The notes under the pieces are model-generated. The model was not told the origin of the DNA and made no database searches. It saw only the letters and a program-made list of their open reading frames with translations. A stretch of 24,000 nucleotides of DNA from Mariprofundaceae bacterium (GTDB taxonomy: Bacteria; Pseudomonadota; Zetaproteobacteria; Mariprofundales; Mariprofundaceae). This document shows, piece by piece, positions 1 through 8,580 of this stretch; within the stretch, counting starts at the first letter, position 1; every line of letters starts with the position of its first letter. Position numbers and translations under genes: made by a program. Where the stretch lies: contig JAIPJD010000004.1 of NCBI GenBank assembly GCA_021734365.1, positions 1 through 24,000 of the forward strand. The letters are read 5' to 3'.

Positions 1-1
1 C

Positions 2-64
2 TACCTGAACCTTCAGCAGCGTTTTATCGGGCCGGATCTGACCCTGAGGCTGATGAGCCGATAA
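2..64 (+). CDS. 3' end of unidentified gene (partial; continues left of window)
   Basis: Frame is open from the window edge (YLNLQQRFIGPDLTLRLMSR*). TAA at 62-64 overlaps ATG 64-66 of the next ORF (TAATG junction). Too short for a functional call. Confidence 0.3.
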   Translation, partial: YLNLQQRFIGPDLTLRLMSR

Positions 65-666
65 TGGATCTGTATGCATGGCTGGAGATCGTTGTCAGGC
101 AGATCATACTTTATGGCCTGCCTGTTATCATTTCGCTCACCTGCATCACCATGATTGAGGCCAGGCTGCTGCGGCATTCACCTCCGCACCCTTTCTACGC
201 CATCAGCTGGTCCGGGACATGGCTGCCCTGGATAACCTCTATCCTGTTTACACGCGGGGTCATCTTTGCCATCCCCCAGCCCCTGCTTCCGGGAGTCAGA
301 CCGGCCCTCTACCGCTTTCTGGGACACGTGCTCCTCTCCGCAGCCGGATTCCTGCTCTACAGCTGGAGCCTGAATCATCAACCTCCATCTGGCCTGCCGC
401 CACTGCATCACTGGTGGGCGAAACTGTTCATGTTTTACAACCTCTGCATGGTCTGCATGCACCTGCTTCCGCTTCCCGGGCAATGGCTGGGAGAGCTGCT
501 GCTGGCATCAAAATTTGCCGCTCCGCTCTCCATACTCTCTGACAGGCGTTATACCGTTGGAATTTATACCCTGCTGGCTGCCTCTCCGCTCGTTGATCTG
601 CTATTGGGGGAACCTGTTATTTACCCGATCTATGCCATGCTCGCCAACACGGCTGAAATGTTATGA
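64..666 (+). CDS. polytopic inner-membrane protein, function unknown
   Basis: 200-aa ORF with ATG start and several long hydrophobic segments (IILYGLPVIISLTCITMI, VLLSAAGFLLYSW, IYTLLAASPLVDLLL). MHLLPLPGQWLG weakly resembles the M50/site-2-protease NxxPxPxLDG motif, but there is no HExxH, so no enzymatic call. Confidence 0.55.
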   Translation: MDLYAWLEIVVRQIILYGLPVIISLTCITMIEARLLRHSPPHPFYAISWSGTWLPWITSILFTRGVIFAIPQPLLPGVRPALYRFLGHVLLSAAGFLLYSWSLNHQPPSGLPPLHHWWAKLFMFYNLCMVCMHLLPLPGQWLGELLLASKFAAPLSILSDRRYTVGIYTLLAASPLVDLLLGEPVIYPIYAMLANTAEML

Positions 667-689
667 TGTTGGGTATCTGAAATAAAAAT

Positions 690-1013
690 TCACTTTTCCG
701 CAACATGAAAGGCCAGTGACTCAACGATCTTTCCCTGTTTGAAATGCTCTTCGATAATTTGATCAATATTTTCTCTGCTCAGATTGTAATACCAGACGCC
801 ATCGGGATGAACCACCATAATCGGCCCCTGCTCACACACCCCTAAACAACCGGCACGGTTGGCACGCACCACAGCCTCTCCACTCTCCAGACCCTCTTCA
901 GCAATACGCTGTTTCAAATACTGAAAAAGGGCGCGGTCCCCTTCCGGCATACAGTTATTACCACAGCACAACATGGTGTGGTAACGGTAACGTTCAATTA
1001 CGGGCTTGCTCAT
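690..1013 (-). CDS. thioredoxin-like [2Fe-2S] ferredoxin
   Basis: 107 aa. Cys pattern CCGNNC ... CLGVCEQGP followed by PIMVVHPDGVWY is typical of thioredoxin-fold 2Fe-2S ferredoxins. The ATG overlaps the cobA stop (ATGA at 1010-1013). Confidence 0.8.
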   Translation of the reverse strand: MSKPVIERYRYHTMLCCGNNCMPEGDRALFQYLKQRIAEEGLESGEAVVRANRAGCLGVCEQGPIMVVHPDGVWYYNLSRENIDQIIEEHFKQGKIVESLAFHVAEK

Positions 1014-1762
1014 CTATTCTTCCTCCACTCCACACGCTCAGACACAACATCACCAATAATAACAATCGAAGGTGATTTTGCATTTATCTCTCCATTCACT
1101 GCTTCAGCCAGTGTTCCTTCACTGTATGTTTCATCTGCCAGGGTTGCCGAAAAAATAACCGCGACCGGCGTTGCAGCACCAAGGCCCGCCTCCACCAGCC
1201 TTTTGGCAATCTGCGGAAGATTTTTTGCAGCCATGTAAAAAATCAGCACGGGAAAAGCCCTAACCAGTGCCTTCCACTCCATGCGACTGTTTTCAGTCGC
1301 CTCATGCCCGGTCAGAAAAGCCAGAGAGCCATTTACCAGCCGGTCTGTTACCGGTATACCTGCCATCGCAGGTGCAGCCACACCGGATGTAATGCCGGGA
1401 ATCACACGGAACTGAACACCCGCTTCGGATAGAGCCCGGATCTCCTCACCACCCCGGCCGAAGACAAACGGGTCCCCGCCCTTGAGACGCACCACCCGCT
1501 TTCCTGCTTGTGCAATTTGAACAAGTATTTCACAGATATCACGCTGGCTGGCAGACGGCCTGCCACCACGCTTTCCGGCAGGGATTTTCTCAGCCTTCGG
1601 ATCAGCCATCGCCATCACCGAATCGGAAACCAGCGCATCAAACACAATCACATCACAATCCCCGATCAGTTTTGCTGCTGCAAGCGTTAGCAGACTTGCA
1701 TCGCCAGGGCCTGCACCAACGAGTGCGACCTCCCCGGCTTTCAGTGGGGCATCAAGCTGCAT
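1010..1762 (-). CDS. cobA: uroporphyrinogen-III C-methyltransferase (SUMT)
   Basis: Motifs VALVGAGPGDASLLTLAA, DVIVFDALV, RLKGGDPFVFGRGGEE and VIPGITS of class III tetrapyrrole methylases. The ORF track extends to 1891, but that extension overlaps cbiX. ATG at 1760-1762 (MQLDAPLKAGE...) gives 250 aa and an 11-nt overlap with the cbiX stop. Confidence 0.88.
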   Translation of the reverse strand: MQLDAPLKAGEVALVGAGPGDASLLTLAAAKLIGDCDVIVFDALVSDSVMAMADPKAEKIPAGKRGGRPSASQRDICEILVQIAQAGKRVVRLKGGDPFVFGRGGEEIRALSEAGVQFRVIPGITSGVAAPAMAGIPVTDRLVNGSLAFLTGHEATENSRMEWKALVRAFPVLIFYMAAKNLPQIAKRLVEAGLGAATPVAVIFSATLADETYSEGTLAEAVNGEINAKSPSIVIIGDVVSERVEWRKNR

Positions 1763-2396
1763 AAGGCTCTCTGAAACAGTCGGCAACAAAGCCGGGGAAT
1801 GCGGTATGAGATGAGAGTACAGGCCCGACCTGTGCATCAACTCCCGACTGAGCAACCACTCGGCGCACATGCTCCATCGTTCTGCCTTCAAACAGTGCCA
1901 TCGGCTGCACTACAATATTTTGTAACCCCTCGCTACGCCACTCGGCCAATGACTCTTCCAAACCCGGGGATGAATAAATCCCCGCTACCGCTGCATGTGA
2001 AAATCGTTGCGTTAATCCTTCCAAGGCCCTGGTCACTGTTTCGAAACCATCAAAGTGATAGACAGAAAATATCGTGCTGCATTGGCTCGCCTGCAAACCG
2101 GAAAAACTATCAACAGCCAGGTCTGCCGCCATACAGGCGATGGGAATCGCATGGGCCGATAAAGAAGGCAACATCATACAGGCCGATGCTTTAGAAAGGC
2201 GCACAATATCGTTGCGTGCATGCCACCCTTCGCCCAACAACAATGGCAACACTTTTGATCCGTCAGGCATGGGATCGCCGCTCAGGAGACGCAACTCAAC
2301 CGCCTCACCAAGCTCTTCAGAGACCTTCCCTGCAAGTTGCTCTGCCTGAACGGCATGTCGGGAATCACTTGATCCATGTGCCAATAGAATGTTCAC
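1752..2396 (-). CDS. cbiX: sirohydrochlorin chelatase, CbiX/SirB family (class II chelatase)
   Basis: 214 aa with GTG start. The N-half has ILLAHGSSD ... LPLLLGEGWHARNDI. The C-half has IVVQPMALFEGRTMEHV, giving the duplicated CbiX fold pattern. The metal (Co vs Fe) cannot be decided from sequence. Confidence 0.7.
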   Translation of the reverse strand: MNILLAHGSSDSRHAVQAEQLAGKVSEELGEAVELRLLSGDPMPDGSKVLPLLLGEGWHARNDIVRLSKASACMMLPSLSAHAIPIACMAADLAVDSFSGLQASQCSTIFSVYHFDGFETVTRALEGLTQRFSHAAVAGIYSSPGLEESLAEWRSEGLQNIVVQPMALFEGRTMEHVRRVVAQSGVDAQVGPVLSSHTAFPGFVADCFREPYAA

Positions 2397-2782
2397 ATAT
2401 CCCCCCTTTGCAAAAGGGGGGCATGGGGGGATTCAAGAACAGTCGTCTCAATCATTGCCATCACTCCATCCATATTCCGCATGACCTCCCCATTATCAAA
2501 TCGTAAAACTCGAAGCCCCATTTTACTCATCAATTCATCCCGAACCATGTCCCTGTTGCGTCCGTCCTCGGTAAAGTGCTGGCCGCCATCAACTTCGATC
2601 ACCAGTTTTGCACCGGCGCAATAGAAATCGACAATGTAAGACCCGACCGGTTTCTGCCTGTAAAACTGTAATCCATGCAGCTGTTTTCGCCGAAGCCTGC
2701 TCCATAGTGCCTGTTCAGCTTCTGTCATCTGACTGCGTAATCGCCGCGCATTCTGCTTAAGCGCTTTCGGATACGGTTTCAT
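2393..2782 (-). CDS. DUF559 domain protein (Vsr/restriction-endonuclease-like fold)
   Basis: MKPYPKALKQNARRLRSQMTEAEQALWSRLRRKQLHGLQFYRQKPVGSYIVDFYCAGAKLVIEVDGGQH...LRVLRF is the classic DUF559 pattern. I take ATG 2780-2782 as the start, because the ORF-track extension to 2866 merely reads through the flanking repeat. The TGA stop overlaps the cbiX GTG (GTGA). Confidence 0.85.
   Translation of the reverse strand: MKPYPKALKQNARRLRSQMTEAEQALWSRLRRKQLHGLQFYRQKPVGSYIVDFYCAGAKLVIEVDGGQHFTEDGRNRDMVRDELMSKMGLRVLRFDNGEVMRNMDGVMAMIETTVLESPHAPLLQRGDM
2402..2433. repeat. left inverted repeat flanking the DUF559 gene (CCCCCTTTGCAAAAGGGGG-GCATG-GGGGGATT)
   Basis: Matches the reverse complement of 2783-2814 at 27/32 positions (hand alignment). 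The core is itself a near-palindrome capable of forming a hairpin. Confidence 0.8.
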
Positions 2783-2814
2783 AATCCCCCTCAATCCCCC
2801 TTTTGCAAAGGGGG
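2783..2814. repeat. right inverted repeat flanking the DUF559 gene (AATCCCCC-TCAAT-CCCCCTTTTGCAAAGGGGG)
   Basis: Partner of 2402-2433. It abuts the DUF559 ATG and provides a GAGGGGG SD-like stretch on the minus strand. Confidence 0.8.
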
Positions 2815-2874
2815 AAGGCTGAACATCGTTACAGCAGTCGATCGAGCACAGCACCCTGGCCATCAAGGGAGAGG

Positions 2875-3411
2875 TTAGAACTCAATCCCCTGCGTTGCTT
2901 TGATGCCCTGCTCAAAGGCGTGCCTGATCATTTTCATCTCGGTGACGGTATCAGCAACATCAACTACTTCGGGAGAAGCATTGCGCCCGGTCAAAATAAG
3001 ATGCATCCATTTGGGCTTCTCACTGCGGATAAACCCGGCAATCTCCTCGCCCGATATCCAGCCGTAACCGGTGCAGTAATTGATCTCATCGAATACAACC
3101 ATGTCAAAATCATGCGACCGTACTTTTGCCTTGCACAGCTCCCATATCTCGCGGCTGGTTCTGATATCCTGCTCAGGATTTTTTGTATCCCAGGTAAATC
3201 CGTCACCAGGTGCATGCCACTCAATATTGCCGAACTTCTCCGCCGCCTTCTGCTCGCCGGTCTTCCACTTCCCCTTGATAAACTGGATCACGCACACTTT
3301 CATACCCCAGCCTGCTGCACGAAACGCCATACCGAAGGCACTGGAGGATTTACCCTTCCCCTCACCGGTGTTAACAACAACCACTCCTGTCCGTCTGTCG
3401 CGTGATTTCAA
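2875..3411 (-). CDS. cobO: cob(I)yrinic acid a,c-diamide / cobalamin adenosyltransferase (CobO/BtuR type)
   Basis: VVVNTGEGKGKSSSAFGMAFRAAGWGMKVCVIQFIKGKW ... DMVVFDEINY ... HLILTGRNA is a typical CobO/BtuR P-loop protein. TTG start overlaps the btuD stop (TTGA). Confidence 0.9.
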   Translation of the reverse strand: MKSRDRRTGVVVVNTGEGKGKSSSAFGMAFRAAGWGMKVCVIQFIKGKWKTGEQKAAEKFGNIEWHAPGDGFTWDTKNPEQDIRTSREIWELCKAKVRSHDFDMVVFDEINYCTGYGWISGEEIAGFIRSEKPKWMHLILTGRNASPEVVDVADTVTEMKMIRHAFEQGIKATQGIEF

Positions 3412-4142
3412 GCCCCATCTCCATAATCCGGAATCAAAAGCTTACCCTGCCCGATAAGTGGCGTATCAAACAAGGTTGAAAGCCTGCCGATTGTAAGCAT
3501 CCGGTTGGCAGGACCGCATTGAGCACTGCCGTTGCCATCAATCAGAATGACTGAATCCGCAACAGCTGCCGCCTGCTGCAGATCGTGCAGGACAGTCACG
3601 ATGGTTCGTCCTGAAGCAGCCTGCTTCTTCATCATTTTCAGGCAATGTGCCTGATGCCTGAGATCGAGGTGAGTGGTTGGCTCATCAAGCAACCAGACGG
3701 GTGCTTCGCGCAGCATCAGTGCAGCAAGCTCCACGCGCTGGCGCTCACCGCTGGAAAGCTCTGCCAGAGGTCTGTTCAGAAGATCCTCGATCTCCATGGC
3801 TAAAGCAGCAGGCGGCATATCACAATCATCTTCTCCATGGGCAAGAAGCAGTCGTTGTTTCACCGTCAGGCCGAATTCAGTGGGTGGTAGTTCACCCTGC
3901 CATGCAACATCTCTGGCCAGCTCGTGCCTTTTGTAGCCTGTGATAGCTACCCCGTTTAGCAGCAGTTCACCATCAGCCGGAATCAGTCCGGCAAGAGCCA
4001 GCAGGAGACTGGATTTTCCCGCACCGTTCGGGCCCAGAATGACCGTGATCTTTCCCGCCTGAATGGAAAAGCTGAACCCGCTCAATAACTGTCTGTTGCC
4101 GCGTTGCAGGCAAAGATTTGAAGCCTGTATCAGTTCATTCAT
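3408..4142 (-). CDS. btuD: ABC transporter ATP-binding protein, FecE/BtuD type (B12 import)
   Basis: Intact Walker A (GPNGAGKSS), signature (LSSGERQR), Walker B (VWLLDEPTTHLD) and H-loop (VLHDL). Sits in an operon with btuC/btuF behind a B12 riboswitch. Confidence 0.8.
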   Translation of the reverse strand: MNELIQASNLCLQRGNRQLLSGFSFSIQAGKITVILGPNGAGKSSLLLALAGLIPADGELLLNGVAITGYKRHELARDVAWQGELPPTEFGLTVKQRLLLAHGEDDCDMPPAALAMEIEDLLNRPLAELSSGERQRVELAALMLREAPVWLLDEPTTHLDLRHQAHCLKMMKKQAASGRTIVTVLHDLQQAAAVADSVILIDGNGSAQCGPANRMLTIGRLSTLFDTPLIGQGKLLIPDYGDGA

Positions 4143-5084
4143 TTACGAACGCCTCAACAGCAGAAACAGGAACACCGGCACGCCGAGCATGGCGGTAAGC
4201 ACGCCAACCGGCAGTTCGGATGGTGCAACGATGGTGCGTGCCACGCTATCCGCAAGCATCAGCAGTATGCCGCCGCCAATGGCTGAGGCGGGCAGTACCG
4301 CCCTGTGCAGGGAGCCGAACATCAACCGCATCAGATGCGGCACGACAAGACCGACAAAGCCGATCGTACCGGCAGCGGTAACTGCAATCGCCGTAACGGC
4401 GGAGGCGAGCAACAGTAGCCGATTGCGCTGTTTTTTTACCTCGACACCCAGTGCTTCGGCATGGCGCTCGCCCAGCAGCAGAGCGTCAAGAGAGCGGGAT
4501 AGCAGGAGCCCGCAGCCGAGCGCCACAATCCAGCTGAGCAACAGCAGCGGGATCGGCAGATCGGAATGAGAGAGGTCACCCATCATCCATGAAAATGCCA
4601 AACCAAGTCCGGATTTGGGTAACAGGGCAAGCAACAGGGAAAGCAGAGCCGACCAGAATGCGGCCAGCACCACACCGGCCAGAAGCATGCGGCCGGAACC
4701 GAGATGGGAAAAGGCCATAACGATGGAAATACCCAGCCATGCACCGGCAAATGCACCGATGGACATCACGACAGCCGATTCCGGATAGATCATCAGTCCG
4801 GCCACAGCACCCACTGAAGCAGACCCTGCCACCCCGAGCACATACGGTTCGGCCAGCGGATTACCCAACAGCACCTGAAACCAGGCCCCGGCCAGCGCCA
4901 GCAGGCCACCGACAGAGAATGCGATCAGCAGCCGCGGCCAGCGCAGCTCCCACAGAATTACAGCGTCCTGCCCGTTGGCTGCAAACGGATTGATCCACTC
5001 CTCCCCAATACCCAGGCAGAGCAGGACGGTGCATACCAGCACTGTCAGCACAAGCACCCATCTGAATGCAGGATTCAGTGTCAT
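4143..5084 (-). CDS. btuC: FecCD-family ABC permease (B12 import)
   Basis: 313-aa polytopic protein with FecCD hallmarks (LRWPRLL, LLGNPLAEPYVLGVAGSAS, LPVGVLTAMLGVPVFLFLL). ATGA overlap with the btuF stop. Confidence 0.82.
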   Translation of the reverse strand: MTLNPAFRWVLVLTVLVCTVLLCLGIGEEWINPFAANGQDAVILWELRWPRLLIAFSVGGLLALAGAWFQVLLGNPLAEPYVLGVAGSASVGAVAGLMIYPESAVVMSIGAFAGAWLGISIVMAFSHLGSGRMLLAGVVLAAFWSALLSLLLALLPKSGLGLAFSWMMGDLSHSDLPIPLLLLSWIVALGCGLLLSRSLDALLLGERHAEALGVEVKKQRNRLLLLASAVTAIAVTAAGTIGFVGLVVPHLMRLMFGSLHRAVLPASAIGGGILLMLADSVARTIVAPSELPVGVLTAMLGVPVFLFLLLRRS

Positions 5085-5869
5085 GGTGTCCGGCTCAACT
5101 GCTGTTGTAACTGCACAATGCCATCGACGATGCGCGGTCCGGGGCGGCTGACAAGATCGGGGTTGATGGCGATAACACGGGCATCAGGAAGCCACTGCCT
5201 CCAGAAGATTTTGCGTGATTCGATTTTACCACTGCGGCTCGGAATAATAATCACTTCGGGATTGGCCCGAACCACGGATTCCACGTTCACACGCATGGTT
5301 TCAGCATGATTCTCCGCGAACACATTATCGCCGCCTGCTGCGCTCAACACCTGTGTGATAAAGCTGCCTCCGGCTTCGGTCATCAGCGGATCACTCCACA
5401 CTTCGAAAAAAACCCGAAGCCGTTTTGTTGTCCGGCTTTGCACAGCAGCGAGCCTTTCGCGCATCTGAGCGACCAGTCTGCCTGCCTGTTGTCCATGCCC
5501 GGTCTGTTTTCCGAGCCGGATAAGATCATCAAAAATATCCTGCAGATTCTCCGGATGGGTCACCATCACGCGAACCCCATGCTGCTCAAGTTTTTGCAGG
5601 CCTTGCAGGGCCGGATTGGATGCGATGACCAGCGTTGGTTTGAGTCTCAGCGAGGCTTCACTGAACAGCCGTGAGTAGTTGGCAATGACAGGCCTGTTTT
5701 TTACCGCTTCGGGAAAGTCACAGTATGCGGATACACCGACTACCTCAGCACCGGCACCCATGGCAAAAAGCAGTTCACAGGCGTGCGGTGACAGGGCAAG
5801 GATACGCTCCTCAGCCCATGCATCGGATGCAGAGAGAGATGCCAGTAACAGGAGAAGAACTATTCTCAC
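5081..5869 (-). CDS. btuF: periplasmic cobalamin-binding protein (BtuF-like, class III SBP)
   Basis: Signal peptide MRIVLLLLLASLSASDAWA, then RILALSPHACELLFAMGAGAEVVGVSAYCDFP, which resembles BtuF. GTG start overlaps the tonB stop (GTGA). Confidence 0.75.
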   Translation of the reverse strand: MRIVLLLLLASLSASDAWAEERILALSPHACELLFAMGAGAEVVGVSAYCDFPEAVKNRPVIANYSRLFSEASLRLKPTLVIASNPALQGLQKLEQHGVRVMVTHPENLQDIFDDLIRLGKQTGHGQQAGRLVAQMRERLAAVQSRTTKRLRVFFEVWSDPLMTEAGGSFITQVLSAAGGDNVFAENHAETMRVNVESVVRANPEVIIIPSRSGKIESRKIFWRQWLPDARVIAINPDLVSRPGPRIVDGIVQLQQQLSRTP

Positions 5870-6483
5870 AGTCGTTTAAACTTCAGACGAAAGCGGTATG
5901 TTCCATCATCAACCGGGAAAGGCTGTGCTCTGGAAACAGTCTGTATGGCTGCACGGTCCAGCATGCTATAGCCGGATCCATGTAATACTGAAATCTGATC
6001 AGCAGCCCCGTTCTGTGTCAGAACAAATGCCACATCGACATGGCCTTCAATACCACGGCGGCGAGCGCTGGCAGGATAGAACTTGAATGATTCCAGGTGG
6101 CTTCTGACCAGGCTGTTTGTTGCGTTGCCTGTTTCGCTGCTGCTTTCAGTTTTTTCCATGGCAGCCTGTCCGGATGCGGTGGTGGTGGTGATCGCAGGCT
6201 CCGGTTCAGAAGGTTCGGTAGCCTGATTTGCAGGAAGAGACATTGCGGCCATTTCTGTATGGGTGACATCACTCTCTTCCAGAGCGATTTGCTCAGTCTG
6301 TTTTACAGGGGGGTTGCTGGCCCTGATGCTGGCAGGCCGGGGAGGTGTGGCGACTTTTTCGGACAGCACTTCTATCGTAACCAGCTCCAGTATGGTTCCC
6401 TTTTGCAACATCTCATTTGTGCCATTGCCAGCCAGATTAAACCAGAGGGTACCCAACAGGCCGTGGATGGCAGCACTTGCCAC
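5866..6483 (-). CDS. tonB: energy transducer TonB
   Basis: SAAIHGLLG (SxxxH TM motif), a Pro/Glu/Thr-rich spacer, and a C-terminal TonB domain (YPASARRRGIEGHVDVAFVL...G..LD.AA...V). The start is given at the only canonical codon (GTG 6483). The conserved FWPW segment lies upstream of it (see findings). Confidence 0.75.
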   Translation of the reverse strand: MASAAIHGLLGTLWFNLAGNGTNEMLQKGTILELVTIEVLSEKVATPPRPASIRASNPPVKQTEQIALEESDVTHTEMAAMSLPANQATEPSEPEPAITTTTASGQAAMEKTESSSETGNATNSLVRSHLESFKFYPASARRRGIEGHVDVAFVLTQNGAADQISVLHGSGYSMLDRAAIQTVSRAQPFPVDDGTYRFRLKFKRL

Positions 6484-6508
6484 CAGCCACGGCCAGAAGG
6501 GTTTGATC

Positions 6509-8461
6509 CTAGAAGCTATAACTTACTCCGCCACGCGCACTGATTGATGCGCCCGGATACAGGCCGATGGCGCCTGCAGGGGAAGCGGCACCGGTGCTGA
6601 TATATTTCCTGTTGGTCAGGTTATCCACGCGCACGAAGAACTCCGCACCCTGCCAGCGATAGGACGCCACTGCATCGAGCAGCAAGTAAGATTGTACCTG
6701 GGCACGTGAATTAAGCTGATCGTTAATCAGGTGATGGGAGCCGACATAGGTTGAGTACAGCGTGGTGGAGAAGCCCTCCGTCCAGTCCGATGTCACATTC
6801 AGACCGACCCGGTTTTGTGGTACGCCGGGGATACGGTTGCCACTGAATGCGCCACCGCTGAAGGTGGCACGAACCAGTGAATAGTTGGCACTGATCCGGG
6901 CAAGGTCATGGGCATGCCAGAAGCCTGCAAGCGTGAGCAGACGATGCAGTGTCGGATCAACATAGTTGCTGTTGGTGCCGAAGAAGCCGATGGTAGGATC
7001 AAGGTAGATCTCATTTTTAAGCTTGGCATGCTGATAGGAGATTTCCAGCCATGCCCTGTCAGTTTCATAACGCAGGCCTGCATTATAGTGCTGGCCTGTT
7101 TGCGGCAACAGGTCGGTGCGAAAGCTTGCTGTAAAGGCTGGTGGCAGCCACTCGGTACGTTCATCCAGTCTCGGAAACCGCACCGAGCGATTGTGATTCA
7201 GGCGCAGGCGAAAATCGCCGAAACCGATGGAAGCCCCGACATCATAAGCGCTCAATCGATTTGATACGGCACTGGTTCCACTGTTCAGAGCATCGTTTAC
7301 TTCCTCGGAGCGAAACCCACCTGTAACCGCATAGTTGTCGTCTGATAGCGTGATCTGACCGTAATAACCGCTACGGTCACGCCTGGCATCCAGACCGGCA
7401 ACAGTGCCTTTAACCCTGTCAATATCAGCGCCGACAATCAGTTGCGTGTTAAATTCACCGTGCTCATGAGCAAGCTTCACTTTCGGGCGCGTGGAGATCG
7501 TGCGTAACACACTGGTGGAGTCAAACGGGAATGCACCACCGAAATGGGCAGAGGAGTCACGACGACGGAATGAGGCAGGCAGATCAAGCTCCACAGGCCC
7601 GGCATTGACCAGCAGGCCTGAGTTGATGAAATCATCCGTGGTGCTGCCGAATTCATCCGGCTTCAGCGTCTGCTTCGGGTTGGCATCCACCTGAGCCTGT
7701 GTCAGAGCACCGGGCAGACCGAAACGGTCGGTGTGGTGATTGCCGCTGCCATACCACATGATGGCGTCAGTGATATCAGCCTCAAAGCGTGCGCCTGCAT
7801 CATAACGTTCGAAACGACTGTTATCGCGATAACCGTCCGTCTTCTGGCCGGAGAAATTGCCTTCCAGACGTACCTTGCCGGTGTCGGCACCCATGCGAAC
7901 TTTACCATTCTGGCTGCCAAAGCTGCCACCGCCCAGCATGATTTCACCACCGGATTCCGGGATGCGGGTGATAATGTTGATCACGCCACCGACCGCACCG
8001 TCACCGTAAAGAACCGAGCCGCCACCATGCACGATTTCAATGCGCTCAATCTGATCCAGTGGAATCTGGGTCCAGTCTGCTTCTGAAAGATCGGGACTGC
8101 TGATACGACGTCCGTCAATCAGCACGACTTTGTTTGATGCCGCCGAATCGCCGAAGCCACCCAGGTCGATCACCGCTTTGGCACCGATGCCGGATGTATC
8201 ACGCACGGTGATGCCAGCCTGGCCCTTGAACAGGTCGGCAACATTCTCGGCATGTGATGCCTCGATTTCACCCCGACTGATGATGGTGACCGGTTTCGAT
8301 GATTGAATGGAAGGGGACTCAACTCTGCTACTGGTGACATTGAGTTCACCAAGATCCTGAGTTTGAGCCTCTGTTGTTGCTGGAATGACGGTCAGAAAAC
8401 CTGCCAGCCATAGTGTGTGTTTAAGTGTATGTTTCAAAGTTTCTCCGCGCCCGCCGCGCAT
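6509..8461 (-). CDS. btuB: TonB-dependent outer-membrane receptor, cobalamin type
   Basis: Signal peptide, a plug domain (ITVRDTSG...VLIDGRRI), a beta-barrel, and a C-terminal aromatic residue (GGVSYSF*). It lies directly downstream of a cobalamin riboswitch. An alternative start TTG at 8437 has a better SD (GGAGaaactTTG) than ATG 8461. Confidence 0.85.
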   Translation of the reverse strand: MRGGRGETLKHTLKHTLWLAGFLTVIPATTEAQTQDLGELNVTSSRVESPSIQSSKPVTIISRGEIEASHAENVADLFKGQAGITVRDTSGIGAKAVIDLGGFGDSAASNKVVLIDGRRISSPDLSEADWTQIPLDQIERIEIVHGGGSVLYGDGAVGGVINIITRIPESGGEIMLGGGSFGSQNGKVRMGADTGKVRLEGNFSGQKTDGYRDNSRFERYDAGARFEADITDAIMWYGSGNHHTDRFGLPGALTQAQVDANPKQTLKPDEFGSTTDDFINSGLLVNAGPVELDLPASFRRRDSSAHFGGAFPFDSTSVLRTISTRPKVKLAHEHGEFNTQLIVGADIDRVKGTVAGLDARRDRSGYYGQITLSDDNYAVTGGFRSEEVNDALNSGTSAVSNRLSAYDVGASIGFGDFRLRLNHNRSVRFPRLDERTEWLPPAFTASFRTDLLPQTGQHYNAGLRYETDRAWLEISYQHAKLKNEIYLDPTIGFFGTNSNYVDPTLHRLLTLAGFWHAHDLARISANYSLVRATFSGGAFSGNRIPGVPQNRVGLNVTSDWTEGFSTTLYSTYVGSHHLINDQLNSRAQVQSYLLLDAVASYRWQGAEFFVRVDNLTNRKYISTGAASPAGAIGLYPGASISARGGVSYSF

Positions 8462-8580
8462 TTTAATTTACGGGTTGAGCATCAATGGAGAAAAACCTGG
8501 TTGTCGGAAGTCATCGGTAGAATCGACCAGCCCACGACCAGCCTCCCGCCGAGACCCAATCCGATTTGAAACCCGCAGGT

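Noticed and set aside
64-666. Possible degenerate M50/site-2 protease
   Set aside because: Only a loose LLPLPxxxxG resemblance to the second S2P motif is present and HExxH is absent. This is too weak to call without a profile search.
1763-1891. N-terminal 43-codon extension of the cobA ORF in the ORF track (start at 1891)
   Set aside because: The extension lies entirely inside the cbiX coding region and has no SUMT-like sequence. The ATG at 1762, just before the GAGPGD motif, gives a normal-length protein.
2783-2866. N-terminal extension of the DUF559 ORF (MMARVLCSIDCCNDVQPSPFAKGGLRGI...)
   Set aside because: It is simply a read-through of the right inverted repeat and spacer. The DUF559 homology begins at MKPYPKAL (ATG 2782), which has an SD-like sequence.
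8408-8436. Short tandem duplication encoding TLKH-TLKH in the BtuB signal-peptide n-region
   Set aside because: It is a two-unit, 12-nt duplication within a signal peptide and too small to interpret. It is noted only because it bears on the choice between the ATG 8461 and TTG 8437 starts.
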